Below are positions 18,856 through 29,373 of a stretch of 64,000 nt of DNA, piece after piece. Made by a program: the position numbers and the translations under genes. This DNA is from Flavobacteriales bacterium (GTDB lineage: Bacteria > Bacteroidota > Bacteroidia > Flavobacteriales_F > PHOS-HE28). Under the pieces are notes generated by a model, which made no database searches, was not told where the DNA came from, and worked only from the letters and a program-made list of their open reading frames with translations. The stretch lies in assembly GCA_020635695.1 (NCBI GenBank), contig JACJZH010000003.1, forward strand, positions 83,603 to 147,602, read 5' to 3'. The stretch's first letter is position 1. Every line of letters starts with the position of its first letter.

Positions 18856-21800
18856 TCACTCGAGGCTCACGTTCAGCGCGAGGCCGCGCAGTTCGTGGAG
18901 CAGCACGTTGAACGATTCGGGGATGCCCGGAGTGGGCAGCGGCTCACCCTTCACGATGGCCTCGTAGGCCTTGGCCCGGCCGAGGACGTCATCGCTCTTC
19001 ACGGTGAGGATCTCCTGCAGGATGTTGGATGCCCCGAAGGCCTCCAGCGCCCAGACCTCCATCTCACCGAAGCGCTGGCCACCGAACTGGGCCTTACCGC
19101 CGAGCGGCTGCTGGGTGATCAGGCTGTAGGGGCCGATGGAACGGGCGTGCATCTTGTCGTCCACCATGTGGGCCAGCTTCAGCATGTAGATCACGCCCAC
19201 GGTGGCCGGTTGGTGGAAGCGCTCGCCGGTGCCTCCATCGTACAGGTAGGTCTTGCCGCTCCGGGGCACGCCGGCCTCGTCGGTCTCGGCGTTGATCTCG
19301 TCGATGGTGGCGCCGTCGAAGATGGGCGTGGCGTACTTGCGGCCCAGCTTCAGACCGGCCCATCCGAGCACGGTCTCGTAGATCTGGCCCAGGTTCATCC
19401 GGCTGGGCACGCCCAGCGGGTTCAGCACGATGTCCACGGGCGTGCCATCCTCCAGGTAGGGCATGTCCTCATCGCGCACGATCTTGGCCACGATCCCTTT
19501 GTTCCCGTGGCGGCCGGCCATCTTGTCGCCCACCGTCAGCTTGCGCTTGGCGGCCACGTACACCTTGGCCAGCTTCATGATGCCCGCGGGGAGCTCGTCG
19601 CCGATGCTCACCTGGAACTTCTTGCGCTTGGACAGGCCGTTGACGTCGCTCTGCCGGATGTTGAAGTTGTGGATGAGCTGACGGACCAGGTCGTTGGTCT
19701 TCTTGTCCGAGGTCCAGTTGGTCGGGTCCACGGTGAAGTAGTCGATGCCATGCAGCATCTTGGCGCTGAACTTCAGCCCCTTCTTCACCACTTCCTCCTT
19801 GTACTTGTTGTGCACACCGGAGGAGGTCTTGCCGCCCACCAGCTGCATCATCTTCTCGACCAGCTCGTTGCGCAACGCGCCGATCTCCTTCTCGTACTCC
19901 TTGTCCAGCTGCTCCAGGATGGCCTTTTCGTTGGTCTTGGCCTTCTTGTCCTTGATGGCGCGGCTGAAGAGCTTCTTCTCGATCACCACACCACGGGTGC
20001 TGGGGGGCGCCTTCAGGGAGGCGTCCTTCACATCGCCGGCCTTGTCACCGAAGATGGCACGCAGGAGCTTCTCTTCCGGACTGGGGTCCGTCTCCCCTTT
20101 CGGGGTGATCTTCCCGATGAGGATGTCCCCTTCGTTGATCTCGGCACCGATGCGGATGAGGCCGTGTTCGTCCAGGTCCTTGGTGGCCTCCTCGCTCACG
20201 TTCGGAATGTCCGCGGTCAGCTCCTCCTGGCCACGCTTGGTGTCGCGGACCTCCATGATGTACTCATCGATGTGGATGGAGGTGAAGATGTCCTCGCGGG
20301 CCACACGCTCGCTGATCACGATGGCATCCTCGAAGTTGTAGCCCTTCCAAGGCATGAAGGCCACCAACAGGTTCTGGCCGATGGCCAGTTCGCCGTCCTC
20401 GGTGGCGTAGCCTTCGCTGAGCACCTGGCCCTTGGTCACCTTCTCTCCCTTGGTCACGGTGGGCCTCAGGTTGATGCAGGAGCTCTGGTTGGTCTTCAGG
20501 AACTTGGTGAGGGAGTACTCCTTCTCGTCGCCTTCGAAGCTCACGATGCGCTCCTCTTCGGAGCGCTTGTACTCGACCACCACCCGACTTGCGTCCACGT
20601 ACTTCACCACGCCATCCCCTTCGGCGGTGAGCAGGACACGGCTGTCGCGTGCCACGAGCTCCTCGAGCCCGGTCCCCACGATCGGGGCCCGCGGCTTGAG
20701 CAGGGGCACGGCCTGGCGCATCATGTTCGAGCCCATCAGCGCGCGGTTGGCGTCGTTGTGCTCCAGGAAGGGGATCAGGCTGGCGGCGATGGAGGCGATC
20801 TGGTTCGGCGCCACGTCCATCAGGTTGATCTCCTTGGGCGGCACCACCGGGAAGTCGCCCTTCAGGCGGGCCTTCACGCGCTTGGTGTCGAAACCGCCCT
20901 CATCGTTCACCCGGGCGTTCGCCTGGGCGATCATCTTGTCGTCCTCCTCCTCGGCGCTCAGGTAGATCACCTGGCCCTTCAGGTCCACCTTGCCGGAATC
21001 CACCTGGCGGTAAGGGGTCTCGATGAAGCCGAGGCTGTTGATCTTGCTGTACACGCACAGCGAGCTGATCAGACCGATGTTCGGTCCTTCCGGCGTTTCG
21101 ATGGTGCACAGGCGGCCGTAGTGGGTGTAGTGCACGTCACGCACTTCGAAACCGGCGCGCTCGCGGCTCAGACCACCGGGGCCGAGGGCGCTCATGCGCC
21201 GCTTGTGGGTGATCTCGGCCAGCGGGTTGGTCTGGTCCATGAACTGGCTCAGCTGGTTCGTTCCGAAGAACGAGTTGATCACCGAGCTCAGGGTCTTCGC
21301 ATTGATCAGGTCCGTGGGCGTGAACACCTCGTTGTCACGCACGTTCATGCGCTCGCGGATGGTGCGCGCCATGCGGGCCAGGCCCACGCCGAACTGGCTG
21401 TGGAGCTGCTCGCCCACGGTGCGCACACGGCGGTTGCTCAGGTGGTCGATGTCGTCCACATCGGCCTTGGAGTTCACCAGCTCGATCAGGTACTTGATGA
21501 TGAAGATGATGTCCTCCTTGGTGAGCACGCGCACGCTGAGCTCGCTCTCCAGGCCCAGCTTCTTGTTGATGCGGTAGCGGCCCACCTCACCGAGGTCGTA
21601 GCGCTGCTCGCTGAAGAACAGCTTGTCGATGACCCCGCGGGCGGTCTCCAGATCGGGCGGCTCGGCGTTGCGCAGCTGGCGGTAGATCACCTCGATGGCC
21701 TCCTTCTCGGAGTTGGAGGTGTCCTTCTGCAACGTGTTGTAGATCAACGCATAGTCGGCCGGGTTCACGTCGGCCTTGTGCAGGATCACGGTCTTGGCCC

Positions 21801-22677
21801 CACTGTCCAGGATCGCTTCCACATGCTCCTCCTCCAGGATGGTCTCCCGGTCGATGAGCACCTCGTTCCGCTCGATGGACACCACTTCTCCGGTGTCCTC
21901 GTCCACGAAATCCTCCACCCAGGTCTTCAGCACACGGGCGGCCAGCTTGCGGCCCACCGCGCCCTTCAGGGCGCTCTTGGAGACCTTCACCTCGTCGGCG
22001 AGACCGAAGATCTCCAGGATGTCCTTGTCGCTCTCGAAGCCGATGGCCCGGAACAGGGTGGTCACCGGCAGCTTCTTCTTCCGGTCGATGTACGCGTACA
22101 TCACCCCGTTGATGTCCGTCGCGAATTCGATCCAGGACCCCTTGAAGGGGATGACCCGGGCGCTGTACAGCTTGGTCCCGTTGGCGTGGCGGCTCTGGCC
22201 GAAGAACACGCCGGGGCTGCGGTGCAGCTGGCTCACCACCACACGCTCGGCCCCATTGATCACGAAGGAGCCCTTCGGGGTCATGTAGGGGATCTGGCCC
22301 AGGTACACGTCCTGCACGATGGTCTCGAAGTCCTCGTGCTCGGGATCGGTGCAATAGAGCTTCAGCTTGGCCTTGAGCGGCACGCTGTAGGTGAGGCCAC
22401 GCTCGATGCACTCGTCAATGCTGTAGCGGGGCGGATCGATGAAGTAGTCGAGGAACTCCAGCACGAACTGGTTGCGCGTGTCCGTGATGGGGAAGTTCTC
22501 CATGAAGACCTTGTACAGGCCCTCATTGAACCGGTCCTCGGGGAGGGTATCGATCTGGAAGAACTCCTCGAACGACTTGAGCTGGATCTCGAGGAAGTCC
22601 GGGTACGGGACCTGGGCCTTGCTCTTACCGAAATCGATGCGCTTGCTCTTCTTGGAGATCGTCTTCGCGGTGGCCAT
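18856..22677 (-). CDS. rpoB: DNA-directed RNA polymerase subunit beta
   Basis: ORF 18856..22779(-). Conserved blocks include [31 protein letters not shown] and [16 protein letters not shown]. The preferred start is ATG 22675-22677 ([20 protein letters not shown]...). The 34 upstream codons are Pro/Arg-rich and overlap the attenuator hairpin. Confidence 0.97.
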   Translation of the reverse strand: MATAKTISKKSKRIDFGKSKAQVPYPDFLEIQLKSFEEFFQIDTLPEDRFNEGLYKVFMENFPITDTRNQFVLEFLDYFIDPPRYSIDECIERGLTYSVPLKAKLKLYCTDPEHEDFETIVQDVYLGQIPYMTPKGSFVINGAERVVVSQLHRSPGVFFGQSRHANGTKLYSARVIPFKGSWIEFATDINGVMYAYIDRKKKLPVTTLFRAIGFESDKDILEIFGLADEVKVSKSALKGAVGRKLAARVLKTWVEDFVDEDTGEVVSIERNEVLIDRETILEEEHVEAILDSGAKTVILHKADVNPADYALIYNTLQKDTSNSEKEAIEVIYRQLRNAEPPDLETARGVIDKLFFSEQRYDLGEVGRYRINKKLGLESELSVRVLTKEDIIFIIKYLIELVNSKADVDDIDHLSNRRVRTVGEQLHSQFGVGLARMARTIRERMNVRDNEVFTPTDLINAKTLSSVINSFFGTNQLSQFMDQTNPLAEITHKRRMSALGPGGLSRERAGFEVRDVHYTHYGRLCTIETPEGPNIGLISSLCVYSKINSLGFIETPYRQVDSGKVDLKGQVIYLSAEEEDDKMIAQANARVNDEGGFDTKRVKARLKGDFPVVPPKEINLMDVAPNQIASIAASLIPFLEHNDANRALMGSNMMRQAVPLLKPRAPIVGTGLEELVARDSRVLLTAEGDGVVKYVDASRVVVEYKRSEEERIVSFEGDEKEYSLTKFLKTNQSSCINLRPTVTKGEKVTKGQVLSEGYATEDGELAIGQNLLVAFMPWKGYNFEDAIVISERVAREDIFTSIHIDEYIMEVRDTKRGQEELTADIPNVSEEATKDLDEHGLIRIGAEINEGDILIGKITPKGETDPSPEEKLLRAIFGDKAGDVKDASLKAPPSTRGVVIEKKLFSRAIKDKKAKTNEKAILEQLDKEYEKEIGALRNELVEKMMQLVGGKTSSGVHNKYKEEVVKKGLKFSAKMLHGIDYFTVDPTNWTSDKKTNDLVRQLIHNFNIRQSDVNGLSKRKKFQVSIGDELPAGIMKLAKVYVAAKRKLTVGDKMAGRHGNKGIVAKIVRDEDMPYLEDGTPVDIVLNPLGVPSRMNLGQIYETVLGWAGLKLGRKYATPIFDGATIDEINAETDEAGVPRSGKTYLYDGGTGERFHQPATVGVIYMLKLAHMVDDKMHARSIGPYSLITQQPLGGKAQFGGQRFGEMEVWALEAFGASNILQEILTVKSDDVLGRAKAYEAIVKGEPLPTPGIPESFNVLLHELRGLALNVSLE

Positions 22678-22759
22678 GGGGATGTGGTGGACGGGGTGTG
22701 GAGAGAGTGCTGCGACAGGGCGGTCAGGGTACCGGGGCAGGCCCGGAAAAGACAAAGGA

Positions 22760-22806
22760 CCACAGGGCGGCCGGAGCACCCTTTTCAGGGTCTCCGGCCG
22801 CTGTGG
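22760..22806 (-). promoter_or_regulatory. rplL-rpoB intergenic hairpin (partial terminator or attenuator)
   Basis: On the minus strand, ccacagcggccggagaccc / loop tgaaaa / gggtgctccggccgccctgtgg forms a ~19-bp stem with small bulges. It is followed by tcctttgtcttttcc. An attenuator at this position is known from the E. coli rplKAJL-rpoBC operon; function here is inferred. Confidence 0.5.
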
Positions 22807-22825
22807 TCAATGCGTGGTCGGAAGC

Positions 22826-23206
22826 TTACTTGACCTCAACTTCGGCACCGGCTTCCGTGAGCTGCTGCTTCAGGGATTCGGCCTCCTCCTTGGAGACGCC
22901 TTCCTTCAGCGGCTTCGGGGCACCGTCCACGAGGTCCTTGGCTTCCTTCAGGCCCAGGCCGGTGAGCTCCTTCACGAGCTTCACCACGGCCAGCTTGCTG
23001 GCACCGCCGGACTTGAGGATCACGTCGAAGGAGGTCTTCTCCTCGGCCGCGCCGCCGTCGGCGCCGCCGGCACCAGGAGCGGCCACGGCCACGGCTGCGG
23101 CTGCGGGCTCGATCTGGTACTCGTCCTTCAGGTACTGGGCCAGTTCGCTCACCTCTTTCACGGTGAGGCCGACCAGTTGGTCACCCAGTGATTTGATGTC
23201 TGCCAT
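22826..23206 (-). CDS. rplL: 50S ribosomal protein L7/L12
   Basis: ORF 22826..23206(-), 126 aa. The sequence has [30 protein letters not shown], an Ala-rich hinge, and [28 protein letters not shown]...AGAEVEVK. Confidence 0.97.
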   Translation of the reverse strand: MADIKSLGDQLVGLTVKEVSELAQYLKDEYQIEPAAAAVAVAAPGAGGADGGAAEEKTSFDVILKSGGASKLAVVKLVKELTGLGLKEAKDLVDGAPKPLKEGVSKEEAESLKQQLTEAGAEVEVK

Positions 23207-23268
23207 TGTGGCTGGGGTTGTTTGGGGGTTCGAGGTATGTGGAGTGCGTAACGCGTTGGGTCTGTTGA

Positions 23269-23799
23269 TCAGGAAGCACGTTCCTCAAGGGCCTTCACCA
23301 GGCCGGCGATCTTGTGGCCGCCGGAGCCCTGCAGGCCGCTGATCACGTTCATCATCGGGCTTTGCAGCAGCATGATGATATCGCCGATCAGTTCCTCCTT
23401 GCCCTTGAGCTTGCTCAACACGCCGATCTGGTCGTCGCCGATGAACACGGCCTCGTCGACCCAGGCGCTCTTGAGCACGGGCTTGGGGTGCTTCTTGCGG
23501 AAGTTCTCGATCACCTTGGCCGGGGCGTTGCCCTTCTCGGCCAGCAGGATCGACGTGGGGCCCACGAGGCCATCGTAGAGTTCGCTGTAGTCGCGTTCCT
23601 CGATGCGCTCGAGCGCCTTGCGCAGCAACGTGTTCTTCACCACACGCATGCGGATGCCCTGCTTGTGGCACTCGCGGCGCAGTTGGCTGGTGGCCTCGGC
23701 GTTCAACTCGGAGGTGTCCGCCAGGTAGAACACGGAGGTGGAGCCGATCTCCTCGACCAGCTGCTGGATCTCTTGGTCCTTTTCGTTTCGGGTGGCCAT
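23269..23799 (-). CDS. rplJ: 50S ribosomal protein L10
   Basis: ORF 23269..23799(-), 176 aa. It sits between rplA and rplL. The sequence [58 protein letters not shown]... is L10-like. Confidence 0.93.
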   Translation of the reverse strand: MATRNEKDQEIQQLVEEIGSTSVFYLADTSELNAEATSQLRRECHKQGIRMRVVKNTLLRKALERIEERDYSELYDGLVGPTSILLAEKGNAPAKVIENFRKKHPKPVLKSAWVDEAVFIGDDQIGVLSKLKGKEELIGDIIMLLQSPMMNVISGLQGSGGHKIAGLVKALEERAS

Positions 23800-23812
23800 G
23801 GTCGTGGAGGGA

Positions 23813-24508
23813 TTAGGCTTGCACCGTGCGGGTATCGACCCGGACGCCGGGACCCATGGTGCTGCTCATGCTGATGCTCTTGATGTAGGTGCCCTTGGCG
23901 GTCGCGGGCTTCAGCTTCACCAGGGTCTGGATCAGCTCGTTGGCGTTCTCGGAGAGCTTGGCCACATCGAAGCTGGCCTTGCCGATCACCGCATGGATGA
24001 TGCCGGCCTTGTCCACCTTGAAGTCGATCTTGCCCGCCTTCACCTCCTGCACGGCCTTGGCCACGTCCATGGTCACCGTACCGGTCTTCGGATTGGGCAT
24101 CAGGCCGCGGGGGCCCAGGATGCGTCCCAGTGCACCCACCTTGGCCATCACGTTGGGCGTGCAGATGATCACGTCCACGTCCGTCCAGCCTTCCTTGATC
24201 TTCTCCACGTAGTCGTCCAGACCGGCCATGTCGGCTCCTGCTGCGGTGGCCTCCTCACACTTGGCGGGGTCGGCCAGCACCAGCACCTTCACGTCGCGGC
24301 CGGTGCCATGGGGCAGGCTCACGGTGCCACGCACCATCTCGGTGCTCTTCTTCGGGTCCACACCCAGCCGCACGGCGATGTCCACCGTGGCGTCGAACTT
24401 GGTGTTGCTCGTCTGCTTGACGATCTCGGCGGCCTCCGGGAGCGTGTAGCTCTTGGAGACATCGAACTTGGCCATGGCGGCCTTGCGTTTCTTGCTCAGG
24501 GTGGCCAT
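23813..24508 (-). CDS. rplA: 50S ribosomal protein L1
   Basis: ORF 23813..24514(-) begins with a TTG. The ATG two codons in (24506-24508, [16 protein letters not shown]...) starts 2 nt after the rplK stop and is my preferred start. L1 blocks are present: ...[25 protein letters not shown]....[15 protein letters not shown].... Confidence 0.95.
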   Translation of the reverse strand: MATLSKKRKAAMAKFDVSKSYTLPEAAEIVKQTSNTKFDATVDIAVRLGVDPKKSTEMVRGTVSLPHGTGRDVKVLVLADPAKCEEATAAGADMAGLDDYVEKIKEGWTDVDVIICTPNVMAKVGALGRILGPRGLMPNPKTGTVTMDVAKAVQEVKAGKIDFKVDKAGIIHAVIGKASFDVAKLSENANELIQTLVKLKPATAKGTYIKSISMSSTMGPGVRVDTRTVQA

Positions 24509-24510
24509 GG

Positions 24511-24957
24511 TCAAGCGTTTTGGAGGGGGTTGTTGCCGGTCACGTTCAGGCCCATGCTACGGGCGGTGCCCGCCACCATGCTCATGGCGCTCTCGATGGT
24601 GAAGCAGTTCAGGTCCGACATCTTGTCCTCGGCGATCGCCTTCACCTGGTCCCAGGTGACGGAGCCCACCTTCTGCCGGTTGGGCTCGCCGGAGCCGCCC
24701 TTCTTCTTGGCCGCCTCCAGCAGCTGGGCAGCCGCCGGCGGGGTCTTGATCACGAAGTCGAAGGACTTGTCGCTGTACACGGTGATAACCACCGGCAGCA
24801 CCTTGCCGGCACGGTCCTGCGTGCGGGCGTTGTACTGCTTGCAGAAATCCATGATGTTCACCCCCTTGGCACCCAGTGCCGGGCCCACGGGGGGCGAGGG
24901 ATTGGCCGCACCGCCCTTGATCTGGAGCTTGATGAGACCTGCTACTTCCTTGGCCAT
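24511..24957 (-). CDS. rplK: 50S ribosomal protein L11
   Basis: ORF 24511..24957(-), 148 aa. The sequence is [47 protein letters not shown].... Confidence 0.97.
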   Translation of the reverse strand: MAKEVAGLIKLQIKGGAANPSPPVGPALGAKGVNIMDFCKQYNARTQDRAGKVLPVVITVYSDKSFDFVIKTPPAAAQLLEAAKKKGGSGEPNRQKVGSVTWDQVKAIAEDKMSDLNCFTIESAMSMVAGTARSMGLNVTGNNPLQNA

Positions 24958-25029
24958 TGTTCCTGTGTTGTGTCCTGGTTAGCGCCTTCCCTCAGGGTCG
25001 GCTTGGACGTGTTTGCTATTCCGATGTCG

Positions 25030-25584
25030 TCAGATCTCCTTCTCCACCTGCATGAAGCTGAGTTCCAGCGGCGTCTTGCGGCCGAAGATCTTCACCATGA
25101 CCTTCAGCTTCTTCTTCTCGTCATTGATCTCCTCGATCACCCCGTTGAACCCGTTGAAGGGTCCATCGATCACCTTCACCATCTCTCCCATGTGGAAGGG
25201 GATGTGGATCGCCTCCTCCGACTCCGCGAGCTCGTCCACGGTGCCCAGGATCCGGTTCACCTCGCTGTGCCGCAGGGGCACCGGGTCACCGCCCTTCTCC
25301 GCACCCAGGAAACCGATCACGTTGGGCAGACCCTTGATGTAGTGGGCGATCTCCCCGGTCAGGTCCGCTTCCAGCAGCACGTATCCCGGATACAGGTTGC
25401 GCTCCTTGCTCACCTTCTTGCCATCACGGATCTGGAAGAACTTCTCCATCGGGATGAGCACCTGCGAGATGTAGGTACCCAGACCGGCCTTGGCGATCTC
25501 CATTTCCAGGAGCTCCTTCACCTTCTTCTCCTTCCCGCTGATCGCCCGGAGAACGTACCAATGCCGTGTGCCCACCTCTGCCAT
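25030..25584 (-). CDS. nusG: Transcription termination/antitermination factor NusG
   Basis: ORF 25030..25590(-) begins with a TTG. ATG 25582-25584 (MAEVGTRHWYVLRAISGKEKKVKE...) lies 2 nt after the secE stop. The KOW region is GEMVKVIDGPFNGFNGVIEEI. Confidence 0.95.
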   Translation of the reverse strand: MAEVGTRHWYVLRAISGKEKKVKELLEMEIAKAGLGTYISQVLIPMEKFFQIRDGKKVSKERNLYPGYVLLEADLTGEIAHYIKGLPNVIGFLGAEKGGDPVPLRHSEVNRILGTVDELAESEEAIHIPFHMGEMVKVIDGPFNGFNGVIEEINDEKKKLKVMVKIFGRKTPLELSFMQVEKEI

Positions 25585-25586
25585 GG

Positions 25587-25814
25587 TCAACCGATCATTT
25601 TGTAGATGAACCCGAGCAGGCCTTTCCAGAACCCGTCGTTCGACATGTTCTGCACGCCGAAGACGAAGTCCATCAGGAAGACGATCAGGGAGATGATCAG
25701 GGCGGCCACGAGCACGACGATGGCACTGCTCTGCAGCTCACGCCACGTCGGCCAGCTCACCTTGTGCACCAGCTCGTTGTAGGACTCCTCGAGGTATGTC
25801 TTGAAGTTCGCCAC
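25587..25814 (-). CDS. secE: Preprotein translocase subunit SecE
   Basis: ORF 25587..25814(-), 75 aa, with a GTG start. The sequence is ...YLEESYNELVHKVSWPTWRELQSSAIVVLVAALIISLIVFLMDFVF.... It occupies the canonical position between tRNA-Trp and nusG. Confidence 0.85.
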   Translation of the reverse strand: MANFKTYLEESYNELVHKVSWPTWRELQSSAIVVLVAALIISLIVFLMDFVFGVQNMSNDGFWKGLLGFIYKMIG

Positions 25815-25827
25815 GGGACCTTATGCT

Positions 25828-25903
25828 TGGCACGGGTGGCAGGAATCGAACCCGCAGCCTACGGTTTTGGAGACCGTCGCTCTACCAATTGAGCTACACC
25901 CGT
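25828..25903 (-). tRNA. tRNA-Trp (anticodon CCA), CCA end encoded
   Basis: The reverse complement is ACGGGTGTAGCTCAATTGGTAGAGCGACGGTCTCCAAAACCGTAGGCTGCGGGTTCGATTCCTGCCACCCGTGCCA. It folds as a cloverleaf with 7-bp acceptor ACGGGTG/CACCCGT, anticodon loop CTCCAAA and T-loop TTCGATT. Confidence 0.95.
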
Positions 25904-25928
25904 TCATTCCGCTTCTTCTCGGCGGCAA

Positions 25929-25955
25929 GGGCCGGTCCCGGGAAGGGACCGGCCC
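25929..25955 (-). terminator. Hairpin downstream of tuf
   Basis: gggccggtccc (25929-25939), loop gggaa, gggaccggccc (25945-25955). This is a perfect 11-bp stem between the tuf stop (25983) and tRNA-Trp. There is no strong U-run, so it may act as a processing or attenuation element rather than a full stop. Confidence 0.45.
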
Positions 25956-25982
25956 ACGCCAGACCGCTGTTGTTATCGATCC

Positions 25983-27170
<1,188 letters not shown>

Positions 27171-27265
27171 TGTCGTTTCGGTCGTTAATTGTTATCGTTC
27201 CTGTTCGTCCTTTGCTTGCTGTACCAGCCGCCGGGTAGCTCCCCGGTGAGCCTTTCGTTAACCTG

Positions 27266-27337
<72 letters not shown>

Positions 27338-27375
27338 TTGTGCCGCCGCCCCGGAGGGCGGTAAGGGCGGTGTGG

Positions 27376-27451
27376 TGGAGCGGGAGACGAGACTCGAACC
27401 CGCGACATTCAGCTTGGAAGGCTGATGCTCTACCAACTGAGCTACTCCCGC
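27376..27451 (-). tRNA. tRNA-Gly (anticodon TCC), CCA end encoded
   Basis: The reverse complement is GCGGGAGTAGCTCAGTTGGTAGAGCATCAGCCTTCCAAGCTGAATGTCGCGGGTTCGAGTCTCGTCTCCCGCTCCA. The acceptor is GCGGGAG/CTCCCGC and the anticodon loop is CTTCCAA. Confidence 0.93.
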
Positions 27452-27510
27452 AGATGCCGGTGTGGGGTGATGTGCCTGGGATCCCGGGGGTACCGGGTTG
27501 GCTCCGTTTG

Positions 27511-27593
27511 TGGGGAGAGCAGGATTCGAACCTACGAAGTCGTAAGACAGCAGATTTACAGTCTGCCCCCGTTGGCCACTTGGGTATCTCCCC
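27511..27593 (-). tRNA. tRNA-Tyr (anticodon GTA), long variable arm
   Basis: The reverse complement is GGGGAGATACCCAAGTGGCCAACGGGGGCAGACTGTAAATCTGCTGTCTTACGACTTCGTAGGTTCGAATCCTGCTCTCCCCA. The acceptor is GGGGAGA/TCTCCCC and the anticodon loop is CTGTAAA. It has a class II variable arm. Confidence 0.93.
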
Positions 27594-27607
27594 AGTACCG
27601 CGAACGG

Positions 27608-27680
27608 AGCCAATGGAGGGACTCGAACCCACGACCGGCTGATTACAAATCAGCTGCTCTACCAGCTGAGCTACATTGGC
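27608..27680 (-). tRNA. tRNA-Thr (anticodon TGT)
   Basis: The reverse complement is GCCAATGTAGCTCAGCTGGTAGAGCAGCTGATTTGTAATCAGCCGGTCGTGGGTTCGAGTCCCTCCATTGGCT. The acceptor is GCCAATG/CATTGGC and the anticodon loop is TTTGTAA. There is one T:T mismatch in the T-stem as I fold it. Confidence 0.9.
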
Positions 27681-27745
27681 GTGTACAGCAAGGAAAAGAA
27701 CGCACCTACACCCGCCTTCCGGATCTTCCCCGGAAATTGGGCCTG

Positions 27746-27776
27746 CAAATGTAGGAAGAATCCCGTCCGCTCCAAA
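27746..27776 (-). promoter_or_regulatory. Candidate Bacteroidota sigma-A promoter for the tRNA-tuf transcription unit
   Basis: The minus strand reads TTTG (27773-27776), a 19-nt spacer, then TACATTTG (27746-27753). This fits the Bacteroidetes consensus of -33 TTTG and -7 TAnnTTTG. It lies ~65 nt upstream of the first tRNA (5' end at 27680). Confidence 0.5.
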
Positions 27777-27805
27777 CAAAAACAGCCCCGCCTTTCAGCG
27801 GGGCC
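27774..27805 (-). terminator. Rho-independent terminator of hpf
   Basis: The minus strand has ggccccgc / loop tgaaag / gcggggct followed by gtttttgtttgg. It lies 25 nt after the hpf stop (27830). Confidence 0.7.
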
Positions 27806-27829
27806 GTTCCGTTCCGATGTCCCTCCCGG

Positions 27830-28135
27830 TCAGGAGGCCTTCCGCAGGCGCGGCTTGCTCTTCAGCACCTGGCGCCGGAGCGCTTCCGCCACCTGGTCCG
27901 TGGCCTCCTCGAAGCTCTTGCTTTGGCGCTTGGCGAACAGCTCCCGGCCGGGCACCACGAGCTTCACCTCCACCACCTTGTTCTCCCGGTCCTGACTGTC
28001 ATGGTCCAGACGCAGGAACACCTCACCGCTCACGATGCGGTCGTGGAACTGGTCCAACTTGCCCAGGCGCTCCCGGATATGTTCGGTGAGCTTGATGTCG
28101 GCGTCGAAATGGATGGAATGCACGTTCAGGTCCAT
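27830..28135 (-). CDS. hpf: Ribosome hibernation-promoting factor / ribosome-associated inhibitor (HPF/RaiA family, short form)
   Basis: ORF 27830..28135(-), 101 aa. The sequence is MDLNVHSIHFDADIKLTEHIRERLGKLDQFHDRIVSGEVFLRLD...VEVKLVVPGRELFAKRQSKSFEEATDQVAEALRRQVLK. Confidence 0.85.
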   Translation of the reverse strand: MDLNVHSIHFDADIKLTEHIRERLGKLDQFHDRIVSGEVFLRLDHDSQDRENKVVEVKLVVPGRELFAKRQSKSFEEATDQVAEALRRQVLKSKPRLRKAS

Positions 28136-28168
28136 GGGATACTGGGATTTATGGTTCGTTACGGGGCC

Positions 28169-29056
28169 TCATGATCCGCCCCTGGGATGTGCTTGTTGGT
28201 GGACGCGCCGCAGCTTGTCCACGGTATTGTGGGTGTACACCTGGGTGGCCGCCAGGCCGGCATGGCCCAGCAACTCCTTCACCGCGTTCAGGTCCGCACC
28301 GTTCTCCAGCATATGGGTGGCGAAGGTGTGCCGCAGCACATGGGGACTTCTTCCCTCCTGCTTGGTAACCAGGCCCAGGTACCGCTCCACGGTCCGTTGT
28401 ACGCTGCGCCGCGCCAGGGGTTGCCCTCGTTCGGTGAGCAGGAGCGGAGCGTCCGGGGTACCGCCATCGGTCATGCCTTGACGGGCGATGAGCTGATCCT
28501 TCAGGAGCTGCTGCAGGTGGGGGGTGAGCGGAAGGATGCGCTCCTTGTTCCGCTTGCCCAGCACCCGCAGGGTGCCCGCGGCCGGATCCACATCACCGCA
28601 ACGCAACCCGATCAGTTCGGCCAGGCGCATGCCGGTACCATAAAGCAACTCGAGCACCAGCCGGTCCAGGCGGCCACGGGGGCCGTCCGGCCAGGTGACC
28701 CCGGTGAACAGCTCCTCCATGCGGCCGCCCTCCACGAATCGCGGCAGTCGTTTTCCAGCCTTCGGTGCCTCCACCAGGGCGGTCGGGTCCATTCGCACGG
28801 CACCCACCGTGCGGGCGAAGCGGTAGAAGGCCCGCAGGGCGCTCAACTTGCGGGCGGCGGTGCGGGATGAATCCCCGTGCTCCAGGAGCTGCATCAACCA
28901 GGCGCGCACCGTCCGGTCATCAGCCTGTTCGGGGGTCAGGTCCAGGGAGGCAACGAACTCCTCGAATTGCCCAAGGTCGCGCCGGTAGGCGTCCACCGTA
29001 TGGACACTGCAGCGTTTCTCGTGGGCCAGATGTTCGAGGAAGCGATCGCGCACCAA
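28169..29056 (-). CDS. xerC: Site-specific tyrosine recombinase, XerC/XerD family
   Basis: ORF 28169..29056(-), 295 aa, with a TTG or GTG start. The N-terminal SAM-like domain has ...CSVHTVDAYRRDLGQF.... Catalytic residues are GMRLAELIGLR, HVLRHTFATHML and LGHAGLAATQVYTH. The position between rpsU and hpf is conserved in Bacteroidota. The symbol is by family only; XerC and XerD cannot be separated by eye. Confidence 0.85.
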   Translation of the reverse strand: MVRDRFLEHLAHEKRCSVHTVDAYRRDLGQFEEFVASLDLTPEQADDRTVRAWLMQLLEHGDSSRTAARKLSALRAFYRFARTVGAVRMDPTALVEAPKAGKRLPRFVEGGRMEELFTGVTWPDGPRGRLDRLVLELLYGTGMRLAELIGLRCGDVDPAAGTLRVLGKRNKERILPLTPHLQQLLKDQLIARQGMTDGGTPDAPLLLTERGQPLARRSVQRTVERYLGLVTKQEGRSPHVLRHTFATHMLENGADLNAVKELLGHAGLAATQVYTHNTVDKLRRVHQQAHPRGGS

Positions 29057-29072
29057 GGTCCCTAAAACTAAG

Positions 29073-29104
29073 AAAGGCGGCGGGACTTTCGTCCTGCCGC
29101 CTTT
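29073..29104 (-). terminator. Rho-independent terminator of rpsU
   Basis: aaaggcggcgggac (29073-29086), loop tttc, gtcctgccgccttt (29091-29104). This is a 14-bp stem with one G:U pair. The minus strand continues tttcttagtttt. Confidence 0.65.
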
Positions 29105-29125
29105 GGAACGGTCCGGTGAGGGAGC

Positions 29126-29317
29126 TTATTGCTCCTCGCCGTAGGTCTTCAACTTGTAGATGGCGCGCAGCACCTCCTTGCGACGGGACACCGAGGGCTT
29201 CGTGAAGCTCTGGCGACGGCGCAGTTCACGCATCGTACCGGTGCGGTCGAACTTCTTCTTGAACTTCTTCAGCGCCTTCTCGATGGCTTCGCCTTCCTTG
29301 ACCGGGATGATCAGCAT
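29126..29317 (-). CDS. rpsU: 30S ribosomal protein S21
   Basis: These are the last 63 codons of ORF 29126..30163(-), starting from ATG 29315-29317: MLIIPVKEGEAIEKALKKFKKKFDRTGTMRELRRRQSFTKPSVSRRKEVLRAIYKLKTYGEEQ. The rest of that long ORF is an out-of-frame shadow over the acyl-CoA dehydrogenase gene. Confidence 0.92.
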   Translation of the reverse strand: MLIIPVKEGEAIEKALKKFKKKFDRTGTMRELRRRQSFTKPSVSRRKEVLRAIYKLKTYGEEQ

Positions 29318-29341
29318 GGTCTCTCCTTTCTCTTGGGGGCG

Positions 29342-29372
29342 CGAAGATAGTGCTTTCCTGATCCCCGACAAA
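29342..29372 (-). promoter_or_regulatory. Candidate promoter of rpsU
   Basis: The minus strand reads TTTG (29369-29372), a 19-nt spacer, then TATCTTCG (29342-29349), which has one mismatch to TAnnTTTG. It lies 24 nt upstream of the rpsU ATG. Confidence 0.4.
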
Positions 29373-29373
29373 T

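Noticed and set aside
28169-29056. Tyrosine recombinase next to a tRNA cluster, as a possible marker of an integrative element or genomic island
   Set aside because: The arrangement rpsU-xerC-hpf-tRNAs-tuf is a conserved core-genome arrangement in Bacteroidota. There are no attachment-site repeats of the tRNA 3' ends, no GC shift and no cargo genes. The protein looks like a chromosome-dimer-resolution Xer enzyme.
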